DNA of 34,118 bases, taken from the NCBI GenBank assembly GCA_964615185.1, contig CAZTOS010000017.1, forward strand, positions 1 to 34,118, given 5' to 3'. A program made the position numbers and the translations under genes. Below are positions 23,355-31,199 of the stretch, one piece after another (position 1 is the stretch's first letter; each line of letters starts with the position of its first letter). The DNA is from an uncultured Thermococci archaeon (GTDB taxonomy: Archaea > Methanobacteriota_B > Thermococci > Thermococcales > Thermococcaceae). The notes beneath the pieces are model-generated. The model saw nothing but the letters and a program-made list of their open reading frames with translations, was not told where the DNA came from and did no database searches.

Positions 23355-24379
23355 GAGATCACCCCCAGCTCAATGGGCTCTCCTTTTTGAGCAGATTTTA
23401 TTGCTGTTTCAGCAATTTGGAGTGCAATGAGAGCATCTTCTGCTGTTATCACTGGTTCCTCTTTGCCAAGAATCACATTGAAAAAGTGCCTCAGTTCTCT
23501 TTCAAAGGCATCTGGGAACGTTGAAAGCATTGGAGAGAAACGGGGCATTTCAAAGTGACTCTTAACAACACCGACAACGGGAGTATCCATTGGAGTAAAT
23601 CTTATCCTCCCGTTCTTGCCAAGAATGTCCAGATGATGATAGAACACACCATAGCGTGCTGGATAGGAGTAGGCCCAGCTTACTTCAGCAATTCCGGTTT
23701 TACCCCCATCGAACTGAATCATCATGACAAAGTGATCGTAAGTGTTGTTAACTTTTGCCTCTTTTCTTATTGCTTTTCCAATTCCCAGGACTTTAACCGC
23801 TTCACTTTCGAAGAACCATCTCAAGAAATCGGTAACGTGAACACCAAGGTCAATTGCAACGCCACCACCCTTGTTGGGCTTCCAGTACCAAGCTGTTTCC
23901 GGGAACGGGAGCCTCTGAACTTCAGCTTTTCTTATTTGCATGGGCAGTATATTTCTCTTTTTGATAATTTCCTTAATCTGCATCCACCGCTTATCAAATC
24001 TTCTTGTATGCCCTACCAAAAGCCATAACCCTTCCTTTTCTGCAACTTCAATCATTTTTTCCGCTTCTTCACTCCTCAATGCAATTGGCTTTTCGACGAT
24101 CACATGCTTTCCAGCTTTTAGGGCTTTGATTGCAATATCAGCATGGGTATAGGTCGGGCTCAATATTTCAACAACATCCAGATCAAAATCAAGAAACTCG
24201 TCCAAACTTGTGAAATACTTGGCGTTAAATTCTCTTGCTGCTTCTTTTGCTTTCCTTGCTTTGATATCCATAAAGGCAGCCACTTTTATTGTTTTGAGGT
24301 TCTTAAGAGCGTTTTTGTGTGCTAAATTGAATATATTTCCGCAACCTACAACGCCTACCCTTAGTTTACGCTCCGGCAT
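23351..24379 (-). CDS. Gfo/Idh/MocA-family NAD(P)-dependent oxidoreductase
   Basis: GVVGCGNI, HVIVEKPIA, GGGVAIDLGVHVTD. Confidence 0.9.
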   Translation of the reverse strand: MPERKLRVGVVGCGNIFNLAHKNALKNLKTIKVAAFMDIKARKAKEAAREFNAKYFTSLDEFLDFDLDVVEILSPTYTHADIAIKALKAGKHVIVEKPIALRSEEAEKMIEVAEKEGLWLLVGHTRRFDKRWMQIKEIIKKRNILPMQIRKAEVQRLPFPETAWYWKPNKGGGVAIDLGVHVTDFLRWFFESEAVKVLGIGKAIRKEAKVNNTYDHFVMMIQFDGGKTGIAEVSWAYSYPARYGVFYHHLDILGKNGRIRFTPMDTPVVGVVKSHFEMPRFSPMLSTFPDAFERELRHFFNVILGKEEPVITAEDALIALQIAETAIKSAQKGEPIELGVIS

Positions 24380-24434
24380 GGGGCATCACTATTAGGGGGA
24401 AGGGAACAAAAAGTATATAACGTTTTTCATTATA

Positions 24435-24451
24435 AACCACTTTAGATGGTT
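24435..24451. promoter_or_regulatory. Second operator copy in the divergent oxidoreductase/glycosyltransferase promoter region
   Basis: AACCAC-TTTAG-ATGGTT, with flanks shared with 22300 (AAACCACT...TGGTTGT). Confidence 0.6.
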
Positions 24452-24471
24452 GTATTTTAAGGGTGATAAAG

Positions 24472-25614
24472 ATGAGGGTTATGGTAGGAATACCAAGCTA
24501 CAACAACGCCGATACAATAGGCTTCGTAGTCAAACAAGCAGCTGAAGGCCTGAAAAAGTATTTCGGAGGAGGAATAATAGCCAATGCTGATGGTGGAAGC
24601 AAAGACGGAACAAGAGAAGTTGTTATGAAAACCAGCGTTCCGGAAGGAGTGGAAGTAATGAGCTTCGTTTATAAGTGGCCAATTCCTGGCAAAGGTAGCG
24701 CAATGAAGGAACTCATGGAACTCGCAAGGGAAAAAGGTGTTGATGTTCTTGTTTTTGTTGACAGCGATTTGAGGAGCATCACCCCAGAATGGATCTACAA
24801 ATTCGCCAAGCCAATTGAAGATGGATATGATTTTGTTGCTCCGCTCTACATAAGGCACAAATATGATGGCACAATAACAAATAACATCGCTTATCCAATG
24901 ACGGCATCCCTCTATGGGTACAACGTTAGACAGCCAATTGGAGGGGACTTTGGAATCAGTGCAAAGTTATTTGACGTGTATTTAGCGGATGAAGAGGTTT
25001 GGAAAACAGACGTTGCAAGATTTGGTGTTGATATATTCTTAACAACAACAGCCTTAGCTGAGGGGTTCAGAGTAATTCAAACGGCTTTGGGCTTAAAGAT
25101 TCACAACCCAAAGGATCCAGCTGCCTCTCTCGGTCCAATGTTCAATCAAGTTGTTGGCACTTTATTCATGTTGATGAAAAAATATGAAGAGAAATGGAAG
25201 CCAGTTAAAAACATCAATGATGTTAAGACTTTTGGAAGCATTAAATGGCAGGAGCCAGAAGAAGTTAAAGTAACTCTCGAACTTTTAAAACAAAAATCTA
25301 AAGAGCTTTTCAAAGAAAATGAAGCAATTTTAAAGAAAGTCCTAAGCGAAAAGACGTTTACTCAAGTTACAAAAGCTCTTGAAACCTTCGAACTTGATGA
25401 TGTTCTCTGGAGTCATGTCCTCTTTGATGGAGCAGTTGCATACAAGAAAGGAATCCTCAAAAATGCTGAACCATTGATTCCGCTCTACTTTGCAAAAACT
25501 GCTGATTTCGTTGAAAAAACAAAAGAACTAACAACGGCGGAAGCAGAAAAGATCATTCAAGAGAGGGCAAAGATCTTCTTAGAGGAAAAAGACTACCTGC
25601 TTGAGAAGTGGTGA
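24472..25614 (+). CDS. GT-A glycosyltransferase resembling single-step glucosyl-/mannosylglycerate synthases
   Basis: GIPSYNN, DGGSKDGT, GKGSA, VDSD (DxD), RHKYDGTIT and RQPIGGDFG; ATG 24472 after GGGTGA. Confidence 0.7.
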   Translation: MRVMVGIPSYNNADTIGFVVKQAAEGLKKYFGGGIIANADGGSKDGTREVVMKTSVPEGVEVMSFVYKWPIPGKGSAMKELMELAREKGVDVLVFVDSDLRSITPEWIYKFAKPIEDGYDFVAPLYIRHKYDGTITNNIAYPMTASLYGYNVRQPIGGDFGISAKLFDVYLADEEVWKTDVARFGVDIFLTTTALAEGFRVIQTALGLKIHNPKDPAASLGPMFNQVVGTLFMLMKKYEEKWKPVKNINDVKTFGSIKWQEPEEVKVTLELLKQKSKELFKENEAILKKVLSEKTFTQVTKALETFELDDVLWSHVLFDGAVAYKKGILKNAEPLIPLYFAKTADFVEKTKELTTAEAEKIIQERAKIFLEEKDYLLEKW

Positions 25615-25785
25615 TGTACTTTTCAATTAATGGCATAATCCCAGGATCACTGGAAACCGCATGAGAATACCTTAATTATCTCCCGATATTGCCTCGGTTT
25701 GATTTTTAATTCTTATTATAATTATTTCCCAATGGGAGGAAAGTCATGAAACAAAAATAAAGTCCTAGAGAAGAGCACTCAATAT

Positions 25786-26727
25786 TTAGATGAGTCTCCA
25801 AATACTTTTTCTTAGGAATGTCTCTCTTAGCTGTGGTGGAGCTTTTAGCAGGGCTTCAACTAATTGCTTTTGAAAGTTAATCTGCTGAGGAATTCCAGTT
25901 TTTTCAAACTCTTCTTTGAAAGACTTTCCATCTTTTATGGACCTTGACAGTGCATAAGCGGAAATTACTGAAGGTCTTATCCCCTCGCCAGTTAGTGGAT
26001 ATACTGCTCCCAGCGCCTCTCCTATAACAGGATACTTAAAATTGTACATCTCCTCTTTTATGGCTCCGGCATAAATGTGTGCACCTTCTTTTCTTTCAAT
26101 TTTTGCATCTCTAAAACGCTCATCATTTTTAATGAAGGAATTAAGTCTCGCTTTTAAGTCAATATAACTTAAAAATCCTCCAATACCAACATTTGCCTTA
26201 TTTCCTCGTGGGAACACCCAAATATAGCCGACGAAATCAGTGTAAAACCAAATTTCTAAAACATCATCTTCGATTTTAGCATCTTTCAGTGTATATTGAT
26301 ACGTCAAAAACCTCCACCTGCTTTCATTGTAGAACATACTTCCTGTAGCAATTACAATAACATCTTCGTCTTTTGTTTTTATCATGGGTTCCTGCCCTTT
26401 GAATTTAATGAGCTTACCCAGTTTAACTTCTATGTCATTCACAAGCCATTTGATAAATGCAGGTTTGTTGAGTATATATCCCCGAGATGCCCTCTGATAA
26501 TTTTCACTCAACAACTCATTGTTGAGATACGTCCTTTGCCCACGTATTTCATTTAAAATGGACTCTTCTGGAATTTCAATGTATTTTTCTAAACTTTTTG
26601 GAACTGCCCAAGCACATGGCTTTGTTCCTAAAGATTTCCTCATTTCGTAACCTCTTACTTTAAATTCATCTTTAAGATAGTAAGCCAAAGACGCCCCTGC
26701 TATACCCATACCAACTATGTGAATCAT
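25786..26727 (-). CDS. Geranylgeranyl-reductase-family FAD-dependent oxidoreductase
   Basis: ATG 26727 after GGTGA; IVGMGIAG, KPCAW, GYIWVFP, NVGIG, IGEALGAVYPLTGEGI. Confidence 0.8.
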   Translation of the reverse strand: MIHIVGMGIAGASLAYYLKDEFKVRGYEMRKSLGTKPCAWAVPKSLEKYIEIPEESILNEIRGQRTYLNNELLSENYQRASRGYILNKPAFIKWLVNDIEVKLGKLIKFKGQEPMIKTKDEDVIVIATGSMFYNESRWRFLTYQYTLKDAKIEDDVLEIWFYTDFVGYIWVFPRGNKANVGIGGFLSYIDLKARLNSFIKNDERFRDAKIERKEGAHIYAGAIKEEMYNFKYPVIGEALGAVYPLTGEGIRPSVISAYALSRSIKDGKSFKEEFEKTGIPQQINFQKQLVEALLKAPPQLRETFLRKSIWRLI

Positions 26728-26842
26728 TAGTATCACCCAACTTAGTTGGACAAACAACTTACTAATTAAGTTTTTGCTGAAACTAATTGTCAATGTGACA
26801 ACAAGACAATAGGAGATTTTAATCTGTTTACAATATTTGGAA

Positions 26843-26901
26843 CAAAAAATTTAAATAAAAGATAGTAATTAACATAGAATACAAAAACTTAACGGAGGTG
26901 A
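26843..26901 (+). promoter_or_regulatory. BRE/TATA promoter and RBS of the RiPP precursor operon
   Basis: CAAAAAA-TTTAAATA at 26843-26857; GGAGGTGA at 26894-26901. Confidence 0.7.
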
Positions 26902-26907
26902 TATTAG

Positions 26908-27003
26908 ATGGAGTACGAGGCACCAAAGATTGAGAAGGTTGAAGGAAAAGTTGAGCCCTATGGGACTCTCGGGGCTGCTTGCTGTTGCATTCTTCAAGAA
27001 TGA
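26908..27003 (+). CDS. Putative RiPP precursor peptide, 31 aa: MEYEAPKIEKVEGKVEPYGTLGAACCCILQE
   Basis: Below the ORF-track cutoff. Perfect GGAGGTGA RBS 6 nt before the ATG, its own promoter, YxxP leader motif, CCC near the C-terminus, directly upstream of rSAM and PqqD genes. Confidence 0.85.
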   Translation: MEYEAPKIEKVEGKVEPYGTLGAACCCILQE

Positions 27004-27004
27004 A

Positions 27005-27027
27005 TTTACTTTTTATTTTTTCTTTTT
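27005..27027 (+). terminator. Oligo-T tract between precursor and rSAM gene (probably leaky terminator)
   Basis: TTTACTTTTTATTTTTTCTTTTT just after the precursor stop. Confidence 0.5.
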
Positions 27028-27053
27028 AAAATATTACTACAAAGGTGATGAAA

Positions 27054-28238
27054 ATGATGAAAGAGAGAAGGTTGAGAATTGATTGGCACTTAACATACAA
27101 CTGTAATCTAAACTGTCTTCACTGTGGTGTGGTAGAGTATAGGGGTAGAGATTTCATTGAAGATCTCTACCTTAACAATAATAAAAATAGAATAATAGAC
27201 ACTCTTAGGCAACAAGACTTAAATTTGTTTATAAATCTCCTTAAGAATGATGGTAAATACTTGTTTTCAATACATTTTTCACCAAATATTGGAGAATCAA
27301 CTATCCATCCAAATTTTGTAAATATCTGGAATAATGTCTCTTCGGTTGACAGAGTATATATGCTTGCGATTACAACTAATGGGATGACACTTTATAAATA
27401 CCTACCTAGGATGAATGTAGAAAAACTTAGAACCTCAATATTTAGTTTAGATGGTGATGAGAATACACATGACAAAATAAGAGGTAATGGTACTTTTAAA
27501 AAGACATATAGATCAATTCAAAAGATCGATGAGCTAAAGCAAGAAGACAGTTCTTTCTATCTCCAGATTAACTTTGTAATTAATAAAATAAATGCTGCTT
27601 CACTTAAAGAATTACCATTGTTACTAAATGAACTGAACAGCAAAAATATTGTAATAAATGTCATACCTATAGACACAACTTTTGGGAATGCTAGAATAAA
27701 TCGGAAACTACTTGAGATTCAGATTAGTGAAATAGCAAATAGCATAAATGATGCATATAAACAACTTAAAACAATTAATGCTGAAAGAATAAAAAATGGA
27801 AAATCTATCATAAAGATTCGTTTGATGGCATTTACAAGTAAACAAGCACTCCAAATTGTTAGCAAAATTCAAAATTTAAGTTTCTCTGATTTTATAATTC
27901 CTCATAAAGGATGGAAGAAATCATGTTCGGCATATAATCAGAAGGGAATATACTTGGATCCTTACGGAAATTTGTTTCCATGTGAATCATTCACTATACC
28001 TCATGTACTTGCTAGGTTCTATTCAACGAATGGTTATATACCTATTCCAAATATTTATGATGGGTTTAGCTCTATAGAGGAGATATTACATTCACAGTTT
28101 TTTTTAGCTGCAAAAAAGTGGATAAATGAACTTTATGACTTTAGTATTTGCAATTCGTGCCCAATGAAAAAATCTTGTACAGTATGTCCTATATATAGCT
28201 CTATATGGGGGGTTCCACATGACTGTTCAGCATATTAA
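27054..28238 (+). CDS. Radical SAM/SPASM-domain peptide maturase
   Basis: CNLNCLHC (CX3CX2C), ITTNG, SLDG...HDKIRG; SPASM C-X13-G-X4-C...CX2CX5CX2C...C. Exact start (27045-27057) uncertain. Confidence 0.9.
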   Translation: MMKERRLRIDWHLTYNCNLNCLHCGVVEYRGRDFIEDLYLNNNKNRIIDTLRQQDLNLFINLLKNDGKYLFSIHFSPNIGESTIHPNFVNIWNNVSSVDRVYMLAITTNGMTLYKYLPRMNVEKLRTSIFSLDGDENTHDKIRGNGTFKKTYRSIQKIDELKQEDSSFYLQINFVINKINAASLKELPLLLNELNSKNIVINVIPIDTTFGNARINRKLLEIQISEIANSINDAYKQLKTINAERIKNGKSIIKIRLMAFTSKQALQIVSKIQNLSFSDFIIPHKGWKKSCSAYNQKGIYLDPYGNLFPCESFTIPHVLARFYSTNGYIPIPNIYDGFSSIEEILHSQFFLAAKKWINELYDFSICNSCPMKKSCTVCPIYSSIWGVPHDCSAY

Positions 28239-28488
28239 ACTAAATGATGGGTGGATAATTACCGAAGATGGATTCATAGTACATTTAGTGAAAGGAGAGG
28301 TATATAAGCTTAATCATGTTGGCAAGAAGATACTACAACTAATAATGGAAGGCAAAAGCGAAAATGAGATATGCGACATAATTTCAAAAGAATACTCTGT
28401 TGATTCTAAACGAGTAAAGAGTGAATTTAGAAAATTCATAACCTCTCTAGAAGATATCGGGATAGTAGAGGTGGAGAAAGATGAATAA
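28219..28488 (+). CDS. Stand-alone PqqD-family RiPP recognition element (RRE)
   Basis: 89 aa; VYKLNHVGKKILQLI...ICDIISKEY...EFRKFITSLEDIGIV is the typical PqqD pattern. Confidence 0.88.
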   Translation: MTVQHIKLNDGWIITEDGFIVHLVKGEVYKLNHVGKKILQLIMEGKSENEICDIISKEYSVDSKRVKSEFRKFITSLEDIGIVEVEKDE

Positions 28489-29587
28489 TAAAAAGTTTAT
28501 TGGGTTAGATATAGGCGCGTCACATATAAAAGCTACATCCATAGATGAAGACTTGAATGTGAATGTAGAGATTTATCCAATTTGGAAAAGTTCACTAAAA
28601 GGGAACATAAATAGAATTAATCTAATGAATGCAGTAGTAAAGCATATTATAAAGGAGAAAATTAAGAAATATGGAAAAGTTGATGTTAATATAGTGACTT
28701 CAATTGAGATGGCGTATCCATCGTTCAACTATTTAGACTTCTTTAATAGGCTCTCACAAAACTTCTCACAAGTTAATATTTATACGATAAATGAGAAGTT
28801 TGTTGTGACTCCTCTCCATGAATTGGAATCTTGGGCGAATTTATCCGTTTCTCACGCTCTTGGATATATCGGAAGTAAATTAATAGATATGGGAATACTT
28901 ATCCATATGAATTCCTCTTCGACAATATTTGTTCCAGTGCTAGTTGGAAATGCTGTATCCCAAGAAGTTCATTACTCTTCTGGTTTAGGAATGTGGATAG
29001 GGGCATTATATACGGATATTCATATGATTAGTAATGAATCTTTCATCTTTGGGAAAAAATCACTTATATCCCCTTCTTCAGCTACAATCCTCGATATCCT
29101 ACTTGAATTAGACGAACTATCATTAAAAAACATTATGTCAGACTATAAATCACCTGTTTCGATAACAGAAGAGTACAAAAAAGACTCCTTTTATAGATTA
29201 TTAAAACTCCTTGGATGTTTCCCTACGAGAAAATACAAAAACTCACGCAGTGATAAGGAATACGACCTTAAAAATCAAGTAAAAATTTCCTCTTTATATA
29301 TTTACTATAAGTTGTTAAATATTGTTTTTGAAAACGTTATTAAGATACTGTCTGATTTGGACATCCCATTAGATAATTTGAAACTCCTTCTTAGCGGTAT
29401 AGGAAAAGATTTTATTCTCCCCGATGCTTTGTATTTATTCAATGATAAACTTATTGATGTTGAGAGTTATATTCCAAAGCCATATTGCATCTTTCTAGAA
29501 TCTTTTAGTGCCGCTCTTTCCCTCTACGAATACATTACCAACTCAAAAATAAGTTTACATGAAATTAAATGGGGGAGCGATAAATGA
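28481..29587 (+). CDS. ASKHA-fold protein, divergent MfnF / hydantoinase-A-like
   Basis: IGLDIGASHIK phosphate-1 motif; VTSIEMAY, ILIHMNSSSTIFVPV, WIGALYT and SGIGKDFI correspond by eye to MfnF-family motifs (TAELAD, LVDMGSTTTDIIPI, YTGxxRT, GxGxF). Confidence 0.55.
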   Translation: MNNKKFIGLDIGASHIKATSIDEDLNVNVEIYPIWKSSLKGNINRINLMNAVVKHIIKEKIKKYGKVDVNIVTSIEMAYPSFNYLDFFNRLSQNFSQVNIYTINEKFVVTPLHELESWANLSVSHALGYIGSKLIDMGILIHMNSSSTIFVPVLVGNAVSQEVHYSSGLGMWIGALYTDIHMISNESFIFGKKSLISPSSATILDILLELDELSLKNIMSDYKSPVSITEEYKKDSFYRLLKLLGCFPTRKYKNSRSDKEYDLKNQVKISSLYIYYKLLNIVFENVIKILSDLDIPLDNLKLLLSGIGKDFILPDALYLFNDKLIDVESYIPKPYCIFLESFSAALSLYEYITNSKISLHEIKWGSDK

Positions 29588-30351
29588 GGCAGATAAAACA
29601 GGCATGGATTATAACTAAAACAACGTTTAAGAATTGGATACGCTATCCCGAGAACATCTTTGGAATGTTTTTATATTTGGGTATCGTGGCTGTGGTTGGT
29701 TATGCTTTTTCATTATCTAAAGGAATATTAAGTGTCAATGCCGTTCCTTATTACACGGTGGGGCTTTTGATATATTCCATACTCAGCCAGCAAAACGGTG
29801 TTTATATCCAGTTTGGAATCTGGAAAGAGGATATTTTATCAAAACCAATAAAACCGGATATATTTTTATTTGGCACTTTCTTTGGAGGATTGCTGACAAC
29901 ATCCTTGCCATCAATTATGCTCTTTATGTTTGTGTTCATCATTTATAAGAGTGCGTTTGTAATAATAAACCCTGTAATATTAGGGTTAGCACTAATTTTA
30001 GGGATTCTGAGTGCTGTTGGGGTAAGCTATATCTTTGCTTCCCTTGGTTTGAGATTTCGTCCAGAAGGGATGGTAGTGACAATAGTGACATTTCTAATTT
30101 CAATATTCTCTGGCATAATGATCCCCATTTATGCTCTTCCCGAAAAAGTGAGAGTACTCTCCTACCTGATTCCCTATACTTGGGCGATAGATTTGTTTAG
30201 ATACTCTCTCTTAGGCACGGAAACAATTCTACCCACTAATGACGAACTCAAGTACTTACTCTTGAGTGTGCTGGTAACTATAGTTCTCGGAAAGCTCTAT
30301 CTTCACTACACAATAAATGCAATAAGGAAGAAGAAGGTGATAATAAGATGA
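29584..30351 (+). CDS. ABC-2 type exporter permease
   Basis: Six TM segments, FSGIMIPIYALP...LIPYTWAIDLFR. Confidence 0.88.
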   Translation: MRQIKQAWIITKTTFKNWIRYPENIFGMFLYLGIVAVVGYAFSLSKGILSVNAVPYYTVGLLIYSILSQQNGVYIQFGIWKEDILSKPIKPDIFLFGTFFGGLLTTSLPSIMLFMFVFIIYKSAFVIINPVILGLALILGILSAVGVSYIFASLGLRFRPEGMVVTIVTFLISIFSGIMIPIYALPEKVRVLSYLIPYTWAIDLFRYSLLGTETILPTNDELKYLLLSVLVTIVLGKLYLHYTINAIRKKKVIIR

Positions 30352-31199
30352 TAGCCTTTGAGGATGTTCACATTTCATATGGAAAAAATGAGGTTATCAA
30401 GGGCATAAGTTTTGAGGTCAATGAAGGAGAGATCTTCGGCATCATAGGTCATAACGGGGCAGGCAAAACAACACTCTTGAGGGCAATGGTAGGAATAATA
30501 GCTCCAGATGAAGGAAAAATTCTCGTTGATGGCATCAATCCTCTCAAAGAAAAGCCAAAAGTGGCAATGCTCTTTGAGACCACAAAAGGGCAGAGCTTTC
30601 TCCGCTTAACTCCAGTTGAGGACTTGGAGTTTTACTCCGCACTCTACGGCGTTGAAGTGGACAAAGAGAGAATTTACGAGATACTAAAAATCGTCGGATT
30701 ATACAGTGCTAAAGATGAAAAGCTTTACACTTTCAGCAGAGGAATGTGGCAGCGACAATTTCTTGCGAGAGTTTTGCTTCCAGACTTTCCAATAATAGTC
30801 TTGGATGAGCCTTGGCTTGGCTTAGATGTTTCGGCACAAAGAGAAACAGTGGAACTTCTCAAAAAGCTCAAGAAAATGGGAAAGACGATAGTTTTGACAG
30901 CTCACGAGATGCCGCTCATTGAGAGAGTCTGCGACAGAATAATGCTTATCAACAAAGGAAAGAAAGTCATTGAAGGGAGTGTTAAAGAGCTTTTAGACAG
31001 ACTGAAATGGACGTATGAAGTTTTTATAGTTGGGGACGTTGAGAGTTTAAACCCAATCAAAAGGGATGGAAAGCTTATATTCTATGTTAAAGATTTGAAA
31101 GAGTTCCTTCAAAAGTTGAATTTTTCAAAAATTGACGAGATTGATGTTAAACCAATTTCACTAGAAGAAGCTTATTTGAAGCTCATGGGTGGTGGGTAA
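30348..31199 (+). CDS. ABC-2 (DrrA/CcmA-like) exporter ATPase
   Basis: GHNGAGKTT, FSRGMWQR signature variant, IVLDEP, TAH, C-terminal SLEEAYL. Confidence 0.9.
   Translation: MIAFEDVHISYGKNEVIKGISFEVNEGEIFGIIGHNGAGKTTLLRAMVGIIAPDEGKILVDGINPLKEKPKVAMLFETTKGQSFLRLTPVEDLEFYSALYGVEVDKERIYEILKIVGLYSAKDEKLYTFSRGMWQRQFLARVLLPDFPIIVLDEPWLGLDVSAQRETVELLKKLKKMGKTIVLTAHEMPLIERVCDRIMLINKGKKVIEGSVKELLDRLKWTYEVFIVGDVESLNPIKRDGKLIFYVKDLKEFLQKLNFSKIDEIDVKPISLEEAYLKLMGGG

Noticed and set aside
27054..28488. PQQ biosynthesis (pqqE/pqqD)
   Set aside because: No pqqB or pqqC, and the peptide has no ExxxY motif.
26908..29587. Lasso peptide cluster
   Set aside because: The leader is lasso-like, but there is no asparagine-synthetase-like cyclase or transglutaminase-like peptidase, and no Asp/Glu at core positions 7-9 with a tail.
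28481..29587. True methanofuran synthesis gene mfnF
   Set aside because: Key motif residues are altered, no other mfn genes are present, and the context is a peptide-maturation operon.
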